Assembly (NCBI GenBank): GCA_965248925.1
Contig: CBDFLE010000006.1
Coordinates: 2,944,001-3,008,000, forward strand
Length of the DNA: 64,000 nt
Source of the DNA: Candidatus Multivoradales bacterium
Lineage (GTDB): Bacteria; Acidobacteriota; Thermoanaerobaculia; Multivoradales; J023
Direction of reading: 5' to 3'
The notes under the pieces were generated by a model. It worked only from the letters and a program-made list of their open reading frames with translations, made no database searches and was not told the origin of the DNA. Shown piece by piece: positions 38,317-47,924 of this stretch. Made by a program: the position numbers and the translations under genes. Position 1 is the first letter of the stretch. Each line of letters opens with the position of its first letter.

Positions 38317-39222
38317 TCAGCTGCTCAAGCCGGCGTGGTGCAGGCGATTCTCGAGCAGCATTTCTTCGCTGTAGCCTTCCAGGCGCAATTCGGCGAGGGG
38401 GCCATCGGCCAAGGCGGCTGTCGGCACCAGGCCGACGAACTCGCTGCTGAGTACCTCGACCCCGAGCCGCTCGGCCTCCGCGGCCACCGTGGCGAAGGCC
38501 GCATGAGGCGAGGTCTGGCGGTAGTCCACCAGATTCATGCTCACTTGACTCAGCCGGCGGCTGGCCAATTCCACTCCCAAGGCTCTGACCGCGGGCAAGC
38601 CGCCGCCGACCTCGCGCACTCGGCTGGCAATACCCTTGGCCGGCGCCGGGTCGGGGCAATCCAGGACGATGTTGAAGGCGATCAGAAAGAAGCGAGCGCC
38701 GATCGCCGTAGCGCCGGCGCTGGGATGTAGCTCGGCCGGTCCAAAGTCGGGCCAGCCGCTAGCTTGGCGCAGGCGTGCGGCGAGAGCTTTGAGTCCGCCG
38801 CGGCGAAGGTCAGCCAGCTGCCGGTTGCGGTCGCTGCGGGCGGCCTGGCCGTAGAGGTAGACCGGCAGCCGTAGTTCGCTGCCTACTCGTTCAGCGAGTA
38901 CCTTAGCGAGGTGGACGGCAGTGGCCATGCTGGTGGCGCCGAGAGGCACGAACGGGCAGACATCGAGGGCACCGATCCGTGGATGCACCCCATGATGCTG
39001 GCGCAGGTCGATATCGGCCAGGGCCTGGCGGTAGAGCGCTAGCAGGGCTGTGAGCAGAGTTTCTTGGTCGCCGGCAAGGGTCAGCACGGCGCGATGGTGG
39101 TCGCCATCGGCCGACAGATCGAGTTGCCGTGCACCCGCCAGGCGGGCCGCTCGGGCGAGTCGCTCGATGATCCGTGGTCGACGACCTTCGCTGAAGTTGG
39201 GGATACATTCCAAGAGTGCCAT
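38317..39222 (-). CDS. ftcD: Glutamate formimidoyltransferase
   Basis: ECIPNFSEGR, HHGVHPRIGALDVCPFVP, QVSMNL. Confidence 0.93.
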   Translation of the reverse strand: MALLECIPNFSEGRRPRIIERLARAARLAGARQLDLSADGDHHRAVLTLAGDQETLLTALLALYRQALADIDLRQHHGVHPRIGALDVCPFVPLGATSMATAVHLAKVLAERVGSELRLPVYLYGQAARSDRNRQLADLRRGGLKALAARLRQASGWPDFGPAELHPSAGATAIGARFFLIAFNIVLDCPDPAPAKGIASRVREVGGGLPAVRALGVELASRRLSQVSMNLVDYRQTSPHAAFATVAAEAERLGVEVLSSEFVGLVPTAALADGPLAELRLEGYSEEMLLENRLHHAGLSS

Positions 39223-39395
39223 CGAAAGTGCAGTATAAAGCCGAGGAGCGGACTGGAGGGGGAGCTCGAGGCGCGCGCGAAATGCTGGTGTAATCACGCT
39301 CGGTGGCCGCTGGGCTCGGGTATGATTTAATCCTGACCGAGGCCGGGTGCACGGCAAGTCTTCGGAACGACCCCCAGCAAGGCAAACAGGAGCCG

Positions 39396-41708
39396 ATGAG
39401 TATGAGCTATCGCGGAAATCCGGCGCTCGATCCGGAGATGCAGGAGCGCATCGAGCATACCTTCAGCGAAACCCGGGGGCTGATTCGCGAAGGCAAGTTG
39501 CGGCAGGCGGTCCTGGGCTGTGAGTTCATCCTCAAGATGGACCCGGCCTATGTGCCGGCCCAGACGCTGCTCGAACGTCTGCACACCCACATCACGGAAC
39601 AGCAAGTCGCGGCGCCAGTGGCGGAGCCCGCCGTCGAGACAGGGGTGGCGCAACCAGCCGAGGATTCGCCGGCCCAGGCGACGCGAGAGATTCCAGTGGT
39701 ACCGCTGGAGCCGTCCGCACCACCGACTCCGGCCGTCGATTTGGAGCCTCTCGCTGACTTAGAACCGCTGGATGATCTCGGCGACCTCGAGGATCTAGAC
39801 TTCGACGACGATCCCTCCTCGCCGGCGGCAGGGGCCTCGGGACTCACCGCCATGCTGCAGGATCTGTGGGTCCGGCGCAACTACTCGCAGATTCTGCAGG
39901 TTGCCGAGAGTCAGCATGAGGCGCTGCAAGGCGAGCCGCAGCTGCATTTGCTGGTCGAGCAGGCGCGGGAGCGTCACGAAGCGGATGCGTTCGTGCAAAA
40001 TTTTCTCGATTCCGCGCGTCTAGCGTGGCAGACCGGCGACCTGGCCCAAGCGCACAATTTGTTGCAGAAGGCCCAAACTCTGGACGGCGAGCATCCGGAC
40101 GTGGTCGCGTTTGCGGCAGAACTTAGCACCCCAGAAGAGAGCGGCAAGTCGGTCAACCTGGGCGATGGTGAACTGGTTTTCGCGGCGCCACCGGCTGCCG
40201 AAGATGATGTTCTCACCGAGTTGCCCTCCCTCGAGCTGCCGGTTGCCGATGCTAAGTCCGACCTAGAACTACCTTCGTCGGTCGACTTGTCAGCGGACCT
40301 GCCGGACGCGGCCGACCTTGCCACCAGCCTGATCGTCGAGCCGGAACCGTTGGCCGAGCCGGAAGCGGTGGTTGATGTGGTGGACTTCAGCGCTCCTGCC
40401 AAGGTGGCGGCGACGGATCCTGTCGCCGAACCCGAGGACGGCGAGCTGCGGGTCGACCAGCTGCTCGAGCAGGGGCAAGAGGCCTACGACCGCGGCGAGT
40501 TTCAGCAAGCGATCGACATTTGGTCGCGGATTTTCTTGGTCGATTTAGATCACCAAGGAGCCAGCGACCGAATCGAGGAGGCACGCAACAAGAAAGCCGA
40601 ACTCGAACGGCAGGCAGAAGAGGCTTTCCACGAAAGCCTAGGGATGATCGAACGCCAGGAGCTCGACCCCGCCAAGGAACAGCTGAACCGAGTGCTGGAG
40701 CTGCATCCCAATCACCATCTGGCGCGCGAGTACCTCGACCAACTCGAGCAGGGCAAAGTGCCGACCGTGACCATGGCCAAGGTGCTCAAAGACCCGGCCG
40801 CGGAGGCGGCTGAGGGCACCGACGAGTTGGATGTACCGGAGCTGATCGGTGGTCCCACAGTAGACAGCCCATCGCTCGAGGCCGCTGTCGAGCGCGATCG
40901 CATGGTGGCAGTCAAGAAGAAAGATTGGCGCTTGATCGGTCTGGCCGCTGCGCTGGTTGTCGGGGTGCTTGCCGGCGGTTACTTCATCGCCACCAACTGG
41001 AACAAGTTCTTTCCCAATTCTGGTCCTTCCGCGGCTTCTGCGGGCAGTCGTCCGCAGGTCGACCTGATCGCCCGGGCAACCGCTATGCACGAGGGTGGCA
41101 ATACCGAGAACGCCATCAACTTGCTGCAGCGGCTGCCGCCGGATGACGACCGGTTCGATGAGGCGCAGAAGCTCTTGGAACAGTGGGCCGCCCTGGTCGA
41201 GTTCGACGCGGAAGGGCAGGTTAGCGGGGTTGACGAAGAGCTTTTGGCGCGAACTCAAGAGCTGGTAGCCGCGGCACGGCGAGCCCATGCCAGCGGCCGC
41301 TTTCTGCCCGCTCGCGTGGCCATCGAGCGGGCTGCCAAGCTATCTCCACTGAATGCCGAGGACATGGATTTGCGGAGCCAGATCGACCATGGCTTGGAGC
41401 CACTCAAGGAAGAGCTGGAGCTATTTGCAGAGAAGCGTTTTCGCGACCTGATTCCTCTGCTGTGGCGGATTCGAGATAGTACCCCCGAGAATCCCGATGT
41501 ACAGCAGCTGCTGGTCGATTCGTACTACAATTTGGCGGTTCGCCACCTACGCCGAGGCAACCCCAAAGAAGCGAGAGAGATGCTCGCCGACGCGCTCGAG
41601 GTAGAACCCGCCAATGAGGAGTTGCAGCGTCTTGAGCTGTTTGCTAGCTCCTACGCCGTGACCTCCCAAGATCTGCTCTACCGCATTTTCGTCAAATATC
41701 TATCGTAG
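39396..41708 (+). CDS. Large TPR-repeat single-TM protein with acidic linkers
   Basis: AGGAG RBS; TPR-like helices, Asp/Glu/Pro linkers, one TM segment. Confidence 0.8.
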   Translation: MSMSYRGNPALDPEMQERIEHTFSETRGLIREGKLRQAVLGCEFILKMDPAYVPAQTLLERLHTHITEQQVAAPVAEPAVETGVAQPAEDSPAQATREIPVVPLEPSAPPTPAVDLEPLADLEPLDDLGDLEDLDFDDDPSSPAAGASGLTAMLQDLWVRRNYSQILQVAESQHEALQGEPQLHLLVEQARERHEADAFVQNFLDSARLAWQTGDLAQAHNLLQKAQTLDGEHPDVVAFAAELSTPEESGKSVNLGDGELVFAAPPAAEDDVLTELPSLELPVADAKSDLELPSSVDLSADLPDAADLATSLIVEPEPLAEPEAVVDVVDFSAPAKVAATDPVAEPEDGELRVDQLLEQGQEAYDRGEFQQAIDIWSRIFLVDLDHQGASDRIEEARNKKAELERQAEEAFHESLGMIERQELDPAKEQLNRVLELHPNHHLAREYLDQLEQGKVPTVTMAKVLKDPAAEAAEGTDELDVPELIGGPTVDSPSLEAAVERDRMVAVKKKDWRLIGLAAALVVGVLAGGYFIATNWNKFFPNSGPSAASAGSRPQVDLIARATAMHEGGNTENAINLLQRLPPDDDRFDEAQKLLEQWAALVEFDAEGQVSGVDEELLARTQELVAAARRAHASGRFLPARVAIERAAKLSPLNAEDMDLRSQIDHGLEPLKEELELFAEKRFRDLIPLLWRIRDSTPENPDVQQLLVDSYYNLAVRHLRRGNPKEAREMLADALEVEPANEELQRLELFASSYAVTSQDLLYRIFVKYLS

Positions 41709-41718
41709 CCGCTGAACG

Positions 41719-42426
41719 ATGTCCAAAGACCCCTCGCTGGATCCGGAGCTGCCGCTGTTTGACGACTACCCGCTCGATGAGGCGGTTGCCGCGAAATCGC
41801 CGCCGGCAACCTCTGCTGATCAGCGGCCGGAAGTCAATCCGCCGCTGGCCGAGCCGGCGGCGCCTGACCGGCATCCCCTGTCTCTATTTCCCGATCCCGA
41901 TGGCGGTGAAACTCCACCGAATGATGAGGTCGAGGCCGGCTTGGGCCAGCCCTTGGTTGCCGCTGCCTCAGCGGCTGCTGCCGACGACCCGTCCAGGGTT
42001 TCCGCGGCTAGCGGTCGCCGCACCGTGCTCGGTCCGGCGGCTTTGGCGGAGCGGATCTACTCCGGCTTGCTCGACTTGTTGGTGAATATCAGTGCTCTGG
42101 CGGCTACTCTGTTGCTGGTCAAGGCGATGGGAGTCGCGTCGCCGCTCCAAGCTTGGCAGGCCTGGACACTGCTGACGGCGGTGTTTTCCTATCTCTACTG
42201 GGTGGTGCCTTTGGCCTTCTGGGGCCAGACCCCAGGGATGACCTGGCGACATTTGATCGCCCGTAACTCCGACAGTGAGCCGCTCACCTTTGGCCAAGCC
42301 AGCCGGCGTTGGCTCGGCGCATTGCTCACCGTGGCCTTATTCGGCGCGCCGCTGCTGCTGGCCCTCGGCGGACGTTCGCTGAGCGACTGGCTGAGTGCTT
42401 CGCAATGCCTCACGCTGGACGATTAG
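41719..42426 (+). CDS. RDD family membrane protein
   Basis: RIYSGLLD, GQTPGM, RSLSD motifs. Confidence 0.85.
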   Translation: MSKDPSLDPELPLFDDYPLDEAVAAKSPPATSADQRPEVNPPLAEPAAPDRHPLSLFPDPDGGETPPNDEVEAGLGQPLVAAASAAAADDPSRVSAASGRRTVLGPAALAERIYSGLLDLLVNISALAATLLLVKAMGVASPLQAWQAWTLLTAVFSYLYWVVPLAFWGQTPGMTWRHLIARNSDSEPLTFGQASRRWLGALLTVALFGAPLLLALGGRSLSDWLSASQCLTLDD

Positions 42427-42430
42427 GCGG

Positions 42431-42967
42431 CTAGCCGCCAGCGCGGCTGAGCACCGTCTGGGTAACTTCCTCGACGGTGGCGTGGGAGCTGTCCACTACC
42501 AGGTCGAAGTGGTTCAGATCGCGGTAGTCAATTCCGTATTTTTCGAGAAAGCGCCGCTTCTCACTGGCCCGGCGGGCGCGGATCTTCTCCAGCATCTGCT
42601 CGGGGCCTAGCCGTTCCTCGCTCGGTCCGCGGCTGAGGTCGCCGCTGATGCGCTGGGCGGCAATCTCTTCGTCGACGACGATGAAAACCTTCAGCGAGTC
42701 GGGTATGAAGTGCCAAGCGAGCCGCGAATCGACCACGTAGTCGTAGTCCGACTCGCCAATCTGCCGGGTGTGACCGTCGATACGGTCATCGATCTCGGTC
42801 TGCCGCTCAGACAGCAAGTTGAGTTCCAGGGTCGTCAGCCCGAGATCGCCGGCGATCTGCCGCTGAATGGCGCCGGTCGAGAGGTACTTGTATGAAAGTC
42901 GCTCGGCCAGCAGTTTGGCGACCGTGGTCTTGCCGCTGCCCAGGTCGCCAGAAATAGTGATCTTCAT
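42431..42967 (-). CDS. cmk: Cytidylate kinase, short archaeal-type family
   Basis: ITISGDLGSGKTT, DSRLAWHF, RFLEKYGID, FDLVVDSS. Confidence 0.8.
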   Translation of the reverse strand: MKITISGDLGSGKTTVAKLLAERLSYKYLSTGAIQRQIAGDLGLTTLELNLLSERQTEIDDRIDGHTRQIGESDYDYVVDSRLAWHFIPDSLKVFIVVDEEIAAQRISGDLSRGPSEERLGPEQMLEKIRARRASEKRRFLEKYGIDYRDLNHFDLVVDSSHATVEEVTQTVLSRAGG

Positions 42968-43001
42968 GAGTGGCTGAGAAGGTACCTGATCTGGGCGGGT
43001 C

Positions 43002-44165
<1,164 letters not shown>

Positions 44166-44168
44166 CGT

Positions 44169-44594
44169 TCAGGCGCCGTCGTTGGAGGCATTGTTCCGTG
44201 GTCGGATAGCGATCAGTCGCGAGTCGGCCAGAGCCGCGGTGCGGTGAACGGCGATCGCCTGGTAGTCGGGCTGCATCACCATCGAGAGAAACGCTCGTCG
44301 CGAGGGGTAGCGCACCAGAAACACCTCGTCCCAGTCTTCGTCGTTCGGGGCGATCAGAGCGCTTTCGACTTCGCCGGCCCAGACCATCTCACCGCCGACT
44401 TCGGCCACCTTGGGCCGCACGGTCCCCATGTAGCGGGCGAAGGCTTGGCGACCGCTGCAAGGCGTGGCCTCGCTGTCCACCGGATATTCGGCCTGGCGGC
44501 GGAAGCGCAGCAGATTGAGCATCACCACGGGCCGGTCGAGATCGGTCTGCGAGAACTCCGCGAAGCGCTCGGGTTGAGGGCTGATCGATGGCAA
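44169..44594 (-). CDS. DUF1330 domain protein
   Basis: PVVMLNLLRF, WDEVFLVRYPSR, HRTAALADSRL; TTG start chosen from AAGGAG RBS. Confidence 0.85.
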   Translation of the reverse strand: MPSISPQPERFAEFSQTDLDRPVVMLNLLRFRRQAEYPVDSEATPCSGRQAFARYMGTVRPKVAEVGGEMVWAGEVESALIAPNDEDWDEVFLVRYPSRRAFLSMVMQPDYQAIAVHRTAALADSRLIAIRPRNNASNDGA

Positions 44595-44697
44595 GCCGAA
44601 TCTCCTTCTGGGTCGAAACTCCATTTCTGAGTCCACAGCGTCGAGAGGCAAGTCGACAGCTAGTGTTGGCCGACGCGAGAACTATACTGCTCTTGGC

Positions 44698-47600
44698 CTA
44701 TTCTTCCCTATCTTCCCTGTCTTCTATGGCTCGTCTGCGGTAGGCGATGTAACCAGCCGCGGCCAAAGCCAGGGCGGATCCGGCGAGGGCCGGCCCAGGG
44801 GTGCCTGCCAAGGGCCCCAAGCTCACCCCGAGCAAGGCCAGACCGAGCAAAGCACAGCCCGCCGGATGCCGTTTCTCGCGGTCGGCCAGTGCCCACCACC
44901 CCACGCTGAGCCACAACAATAGGGCTCCGAGAATGCTCAGCTGGGTGCCCAGAGTGCCGCTTTCAGAACGGCTGTAGCGGATTTCGAACCAAGCTGAGTT
45001 AGGAGAGCGACCCAGCCAGCCGCCGCGCCGTGAACTGGCCTCGCCGCTGCCCGCCTCGGCACCTTGGTTGGCGTAGAGCTTGTCGAAGGTGTAGCGCAAA
45101 CCGGAGTTCGGCACGCTCAGGCGCAGGGCATCGAGATTCTGCGCCGCGCCGCGAGCCAGCTCTTCCATGCTGTCGCGCAGGTCCTCGGCTGTCACCACTT
45201 GCGGCCCTGCCAGCAGATCCATGTTGGTGCTGGGTTCGCGATAGTGCAGAGTGTCCGGCAGCAGCACCTGCCAGCGGGAACGGGTGACCAAGATGTCGGG
45301 GAAGGGCAAGCTGCCGCTGATCGAGCCACGACGACCGAGGCGGTCGTAGCGGGTACCGAAGATCACCTCCACCGGGAAGCCACGGGTGGAGTGGAGGATC
45401 TTGATCAGCACCTCCTCGGGATTCTCGCCATCCCTGGCGGCGGGTTTTTCAGGCTGGCCATCGACACTCACCGACCAGACGCGCGAGCCTGGGGGTAGGC
45501 GCAGGCGGAGGAATTGCTTGCGACTGTTGCGGACGGTGAACCGGGCGGTGGTCACCGCTAACCCATCGCGGGTGTAGAGGGTGCGGTAGTCAGCTTGGTC
45601 GATGGTCGCCTCTTGCACTTCGAGGAGACGATGGCGGGTGATCGCCAGGCGCAGCTCCGGGCGCGGCTCGGCGCGGACGTACTTGTAGGCCTGCAAGATC
45701 GGGTTGGTGGTGCGCAGCAGCAGCTGGCGCGGCAATTCGGCGATATCGAGCACGCTCAGACCTTGGCTGGCCGCTGGCCGCACCTCAACCGCCGACAGTG
45801 CTTCGAGGGCTAGCCGGCCTTGTTCGATCTCGGCGCCGAGGACAGTAACCAGAGGCACGAGTAGGCCGTTGTCGGGAGAGCTGTTCGCCGAATCCAGTCC
45901 GCTGGGGTCGGCGCTGACCTTGGCTTCAGCGAGGACCTGCTCGTAGCTCAATTCGAGGCGGAACTCCCCCTCCATTTCTTGGGTGAACTCCACCGCCAAC
46001 CGGCGCGGTGCAGAGCTGTCTTCCGAGGCCTTGGCGAATTCGTAGTGGCGGAGGGAGGGAGCGCTCAGATTGAACAAGTGGACTGCCGCGGGAAGTTCCA
46101 ACTCGAGCTTGTCGAGGCGCCCCGATTTCACCTCGATGGCGATCGAGGCAGCGCCTTCGAGGGCGACTTCCCCGAGTGAGATCAAGGTGTCGACGCGGGC
46201 GTCAAAGCGGCCCTCTTGTCGTTCGGGCACCGCTGTTGTCAAGCTCATCCGCGGCGCCATATCAGCATATTTGAAGGTGTGGGCGACGGTTTTCTGCAGT
46301 TGATCGCGGACAAATGCCGGCAGCAGGTTCTCGCCCACTCGGGTGGCTTCGACTTCGGCCTGCGGTTCGAGGGTCAGATCCTTGCTCGACAGCAGGGCCA
46401 CCATGCCGCGCTGGCGCTCGACTTCGAGGGCGGTGAAGAGCGGTGCCACGAAGGGGCCTTGGCGCGGCAGTGAGAGGTCGTAGGTGAGGTCGAGCAACAG
46501 CTCGTGATCGAGACGGTGGTCGAGGTAAATGTTCAGCCTGCGTTGCTTATCGTCGCCGTCTTCGATCCGCCAATCGGCAACCGCGCCACCAGCACCGCTG
46601 ACCTGGTCGATCTGTACCCCGGCCGGCAGCGCCAAATGCAGCACGGCGGTAGAACCGCGGCGGACCTCAAAGCGCACTAGCGCGTGGCCATAGAGCACCC
46701 CTTCCTCGGCGTGCAAGATGTGGAACAGGCTGGCGTTGAGCTGGGCGGTGGCGTCGCTGTTGGCGGGCACAGCATCGGTCCAGGAGAAACTGATCTGCTC
46801 GCTCATCGGCACCTGCACGGTGGCCACGGTGGTGTCCCCTTGGTGTCGCCGGCGGACGCTGCCAGCGGGAGCCACCGTCACCTCTTTGTCACCGGGTAGG
46901 GTGAGTTCGAAACGCGATACCGGCACCGGCGGTAGGCGCAGATCGAGCCTTGGCGGACCCTCCCCACGCTGGACCGCTGCTTCGAAGCCGAGCTTGATGC
47001 GGTGGTTGCCACGGCCGCGGGCGAGCACCGCGAAGTGGCCGTCTTGCACCAGGATCGGCACCTCGGTGCCATCGATGGTGATACTCGCCAGCGCTACTCC
47101 TGTAGGTAGCAGAGGCAGGGTGACGTCGTTGTCGTAGAGTTCCACGTCGAGTTCGGCGGTGAAACGCACAGCATCGTCCGCCCGGCCATCACGATCGCTG
47201 AGTCGACCCTGGTACCGGGCTCGGCTGAGGGTGAAGCCTCGCTGGCCGCGTGGCCGAGCCCAGCTGATCTGTACCCCCCGAGTGGCCGGCAAGGTAGCTT
47301 CTACGCGGGTCGAGCCGCCGCGGTTGCTCAGCCGGCTGCCGACCGCCGGAATGACCGCGATGTCGAGGCCGTTGCCGGGCACCTCGGCGATCAGCTGCGA
47401 GCTGGAGGCTCGGGGCAGTGGCACCGCCAAGCTGTAGCCCGCCGCCGAGAGAGTCGCATCGACCCGCAGCACCAACTTCACCTCGTAGGTGCCGGGTTTG
47501 CGCACGCTCCACGCCATGCCGTCGCCGGTGGCTAGCAGTTGCAGCGGCGAGCCGGCGGCGCTGGCCGACTCGACCGCGGTGGCAGGCGGCAGCAGAGGCA

Positions 47601-47913
47601 CCAAGATCCACTGCTTCTCGTAGACCGTCACCGGCAGCAGGACGGTCACCCGCGCCGCGGGCCGCGAGCCGCTGTGGTCGACCGAGATCTCGACTTTGGC
47701 CTTGCCGAGGGCGAAGGGCGCTGGCGCCGGCCGCTCCTCCACCGCTGGTTGGCGGCTGGCGTTGATCAACCGGTCGTATTGGCCGCGGGGTAGCTCGACG
47801 AGACCCTTCTCGCTGCTCAGCAGGTCTCGCTGTGCTGGGGTGCCGTCCGCCGCGCACACGGCGGCCATGCCGCTCAGCAGGAGAATGCTGAGCAGTGCAA
47901 AAGTAGCTCTCAT
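44698..47913 (-). CDS. 1071-aa exported multi-domain protein with C-terminal TM anchor, function unknown
   Basis: Signal peptide, repeated beta-rich modules, about three C-terminal TM helices. Confidence 0.8.
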   Translation of the reverse strand: MRATFALLSILLLSGMAAVCAADGTPAQRDLLSSEKGLVELPRGQYDRLINASRQPAVEERPAPAPFALGKAKVEISVDHSGSRPAARVTVLLPVTVYEKQWILVPLLPPATAVESASAAGSPLQLLATGDGMAWSVRKPGTYEVKLVLRVDATLSAAGYSLAVPLPRASSSQLIAEVPGNGLDIAVIPAVGSRLSNRGGSTRVEATLPATRGVQISWARPRGQRGFTLSRARYQGRLSDRDGRADDAVRFTAELDVELYDNDVTLPLLPTGVALASITIDGTEVPILVQDGHFAVLARGRGNHRIKLGFEAAVQRGEGPPRLDLRLPPVPVSRFELTLPGDKEVTVAPAGSVRRRHQGDTTVATVQVPMSEQISFSWTDAVPANSDATAQLNASLFHILHAEEGVLYGHALVRFEVRRGSTAVLHLALPAGVQIDQVSGAGGAVADWRIEDGDDKQRRLNIYLDHRLDHELLLDLTYDLSLPRQGPFVAPLFTALEVERQRGMVALLSSKDLTLEPQAEVEATRVGENLLPAFVRDQLQKTVAHTFKYADMAPRMSLTTAVPERQEGRFDARVDTLISLGEVALEGAASIAIEVKSGRLDKLELELPAAVHLFNLSAPSLRHYEFAKASEDSSAPRRLAVEFTQEMEGEFRLELSYEQVLAEAKVSADPSGLDSANSSPDNGLLVPLVTVLGAEIEQGRLALEALSAVEVRPAASQGLSVLDIAELPRQLLLRTTNPILQAYKYVRAEPRPELRLAITRHRLLEVQEATIDQADYRTLYTRDGLAVTTARFTVRNSRKQFLRLRLPPGSRVWSVSVDGQPEKPAARDGENPEEVLIKILHSTRGFPVEVIFGTRYDRLGRRGSISGSLPFPDILVTRSRWQVLLPDTLHYREPSTNMDLLAGPQVVTAEDLRDSMEELARGAAQNLDALRLSVPNSGLRYTFDKLYANQGAEAGSGEASSRRGGWLGRSPNSAWFEIRYSRSESGTLGTQLSILGALLLWLSVGWWALADREKRHPAGCALLGLALLGVSLGPLAGTPGPALAGSALALAAAGYIAYRRRAIEDREDREE

Positions 47914-47924
47914 GTCGGGCTCCT

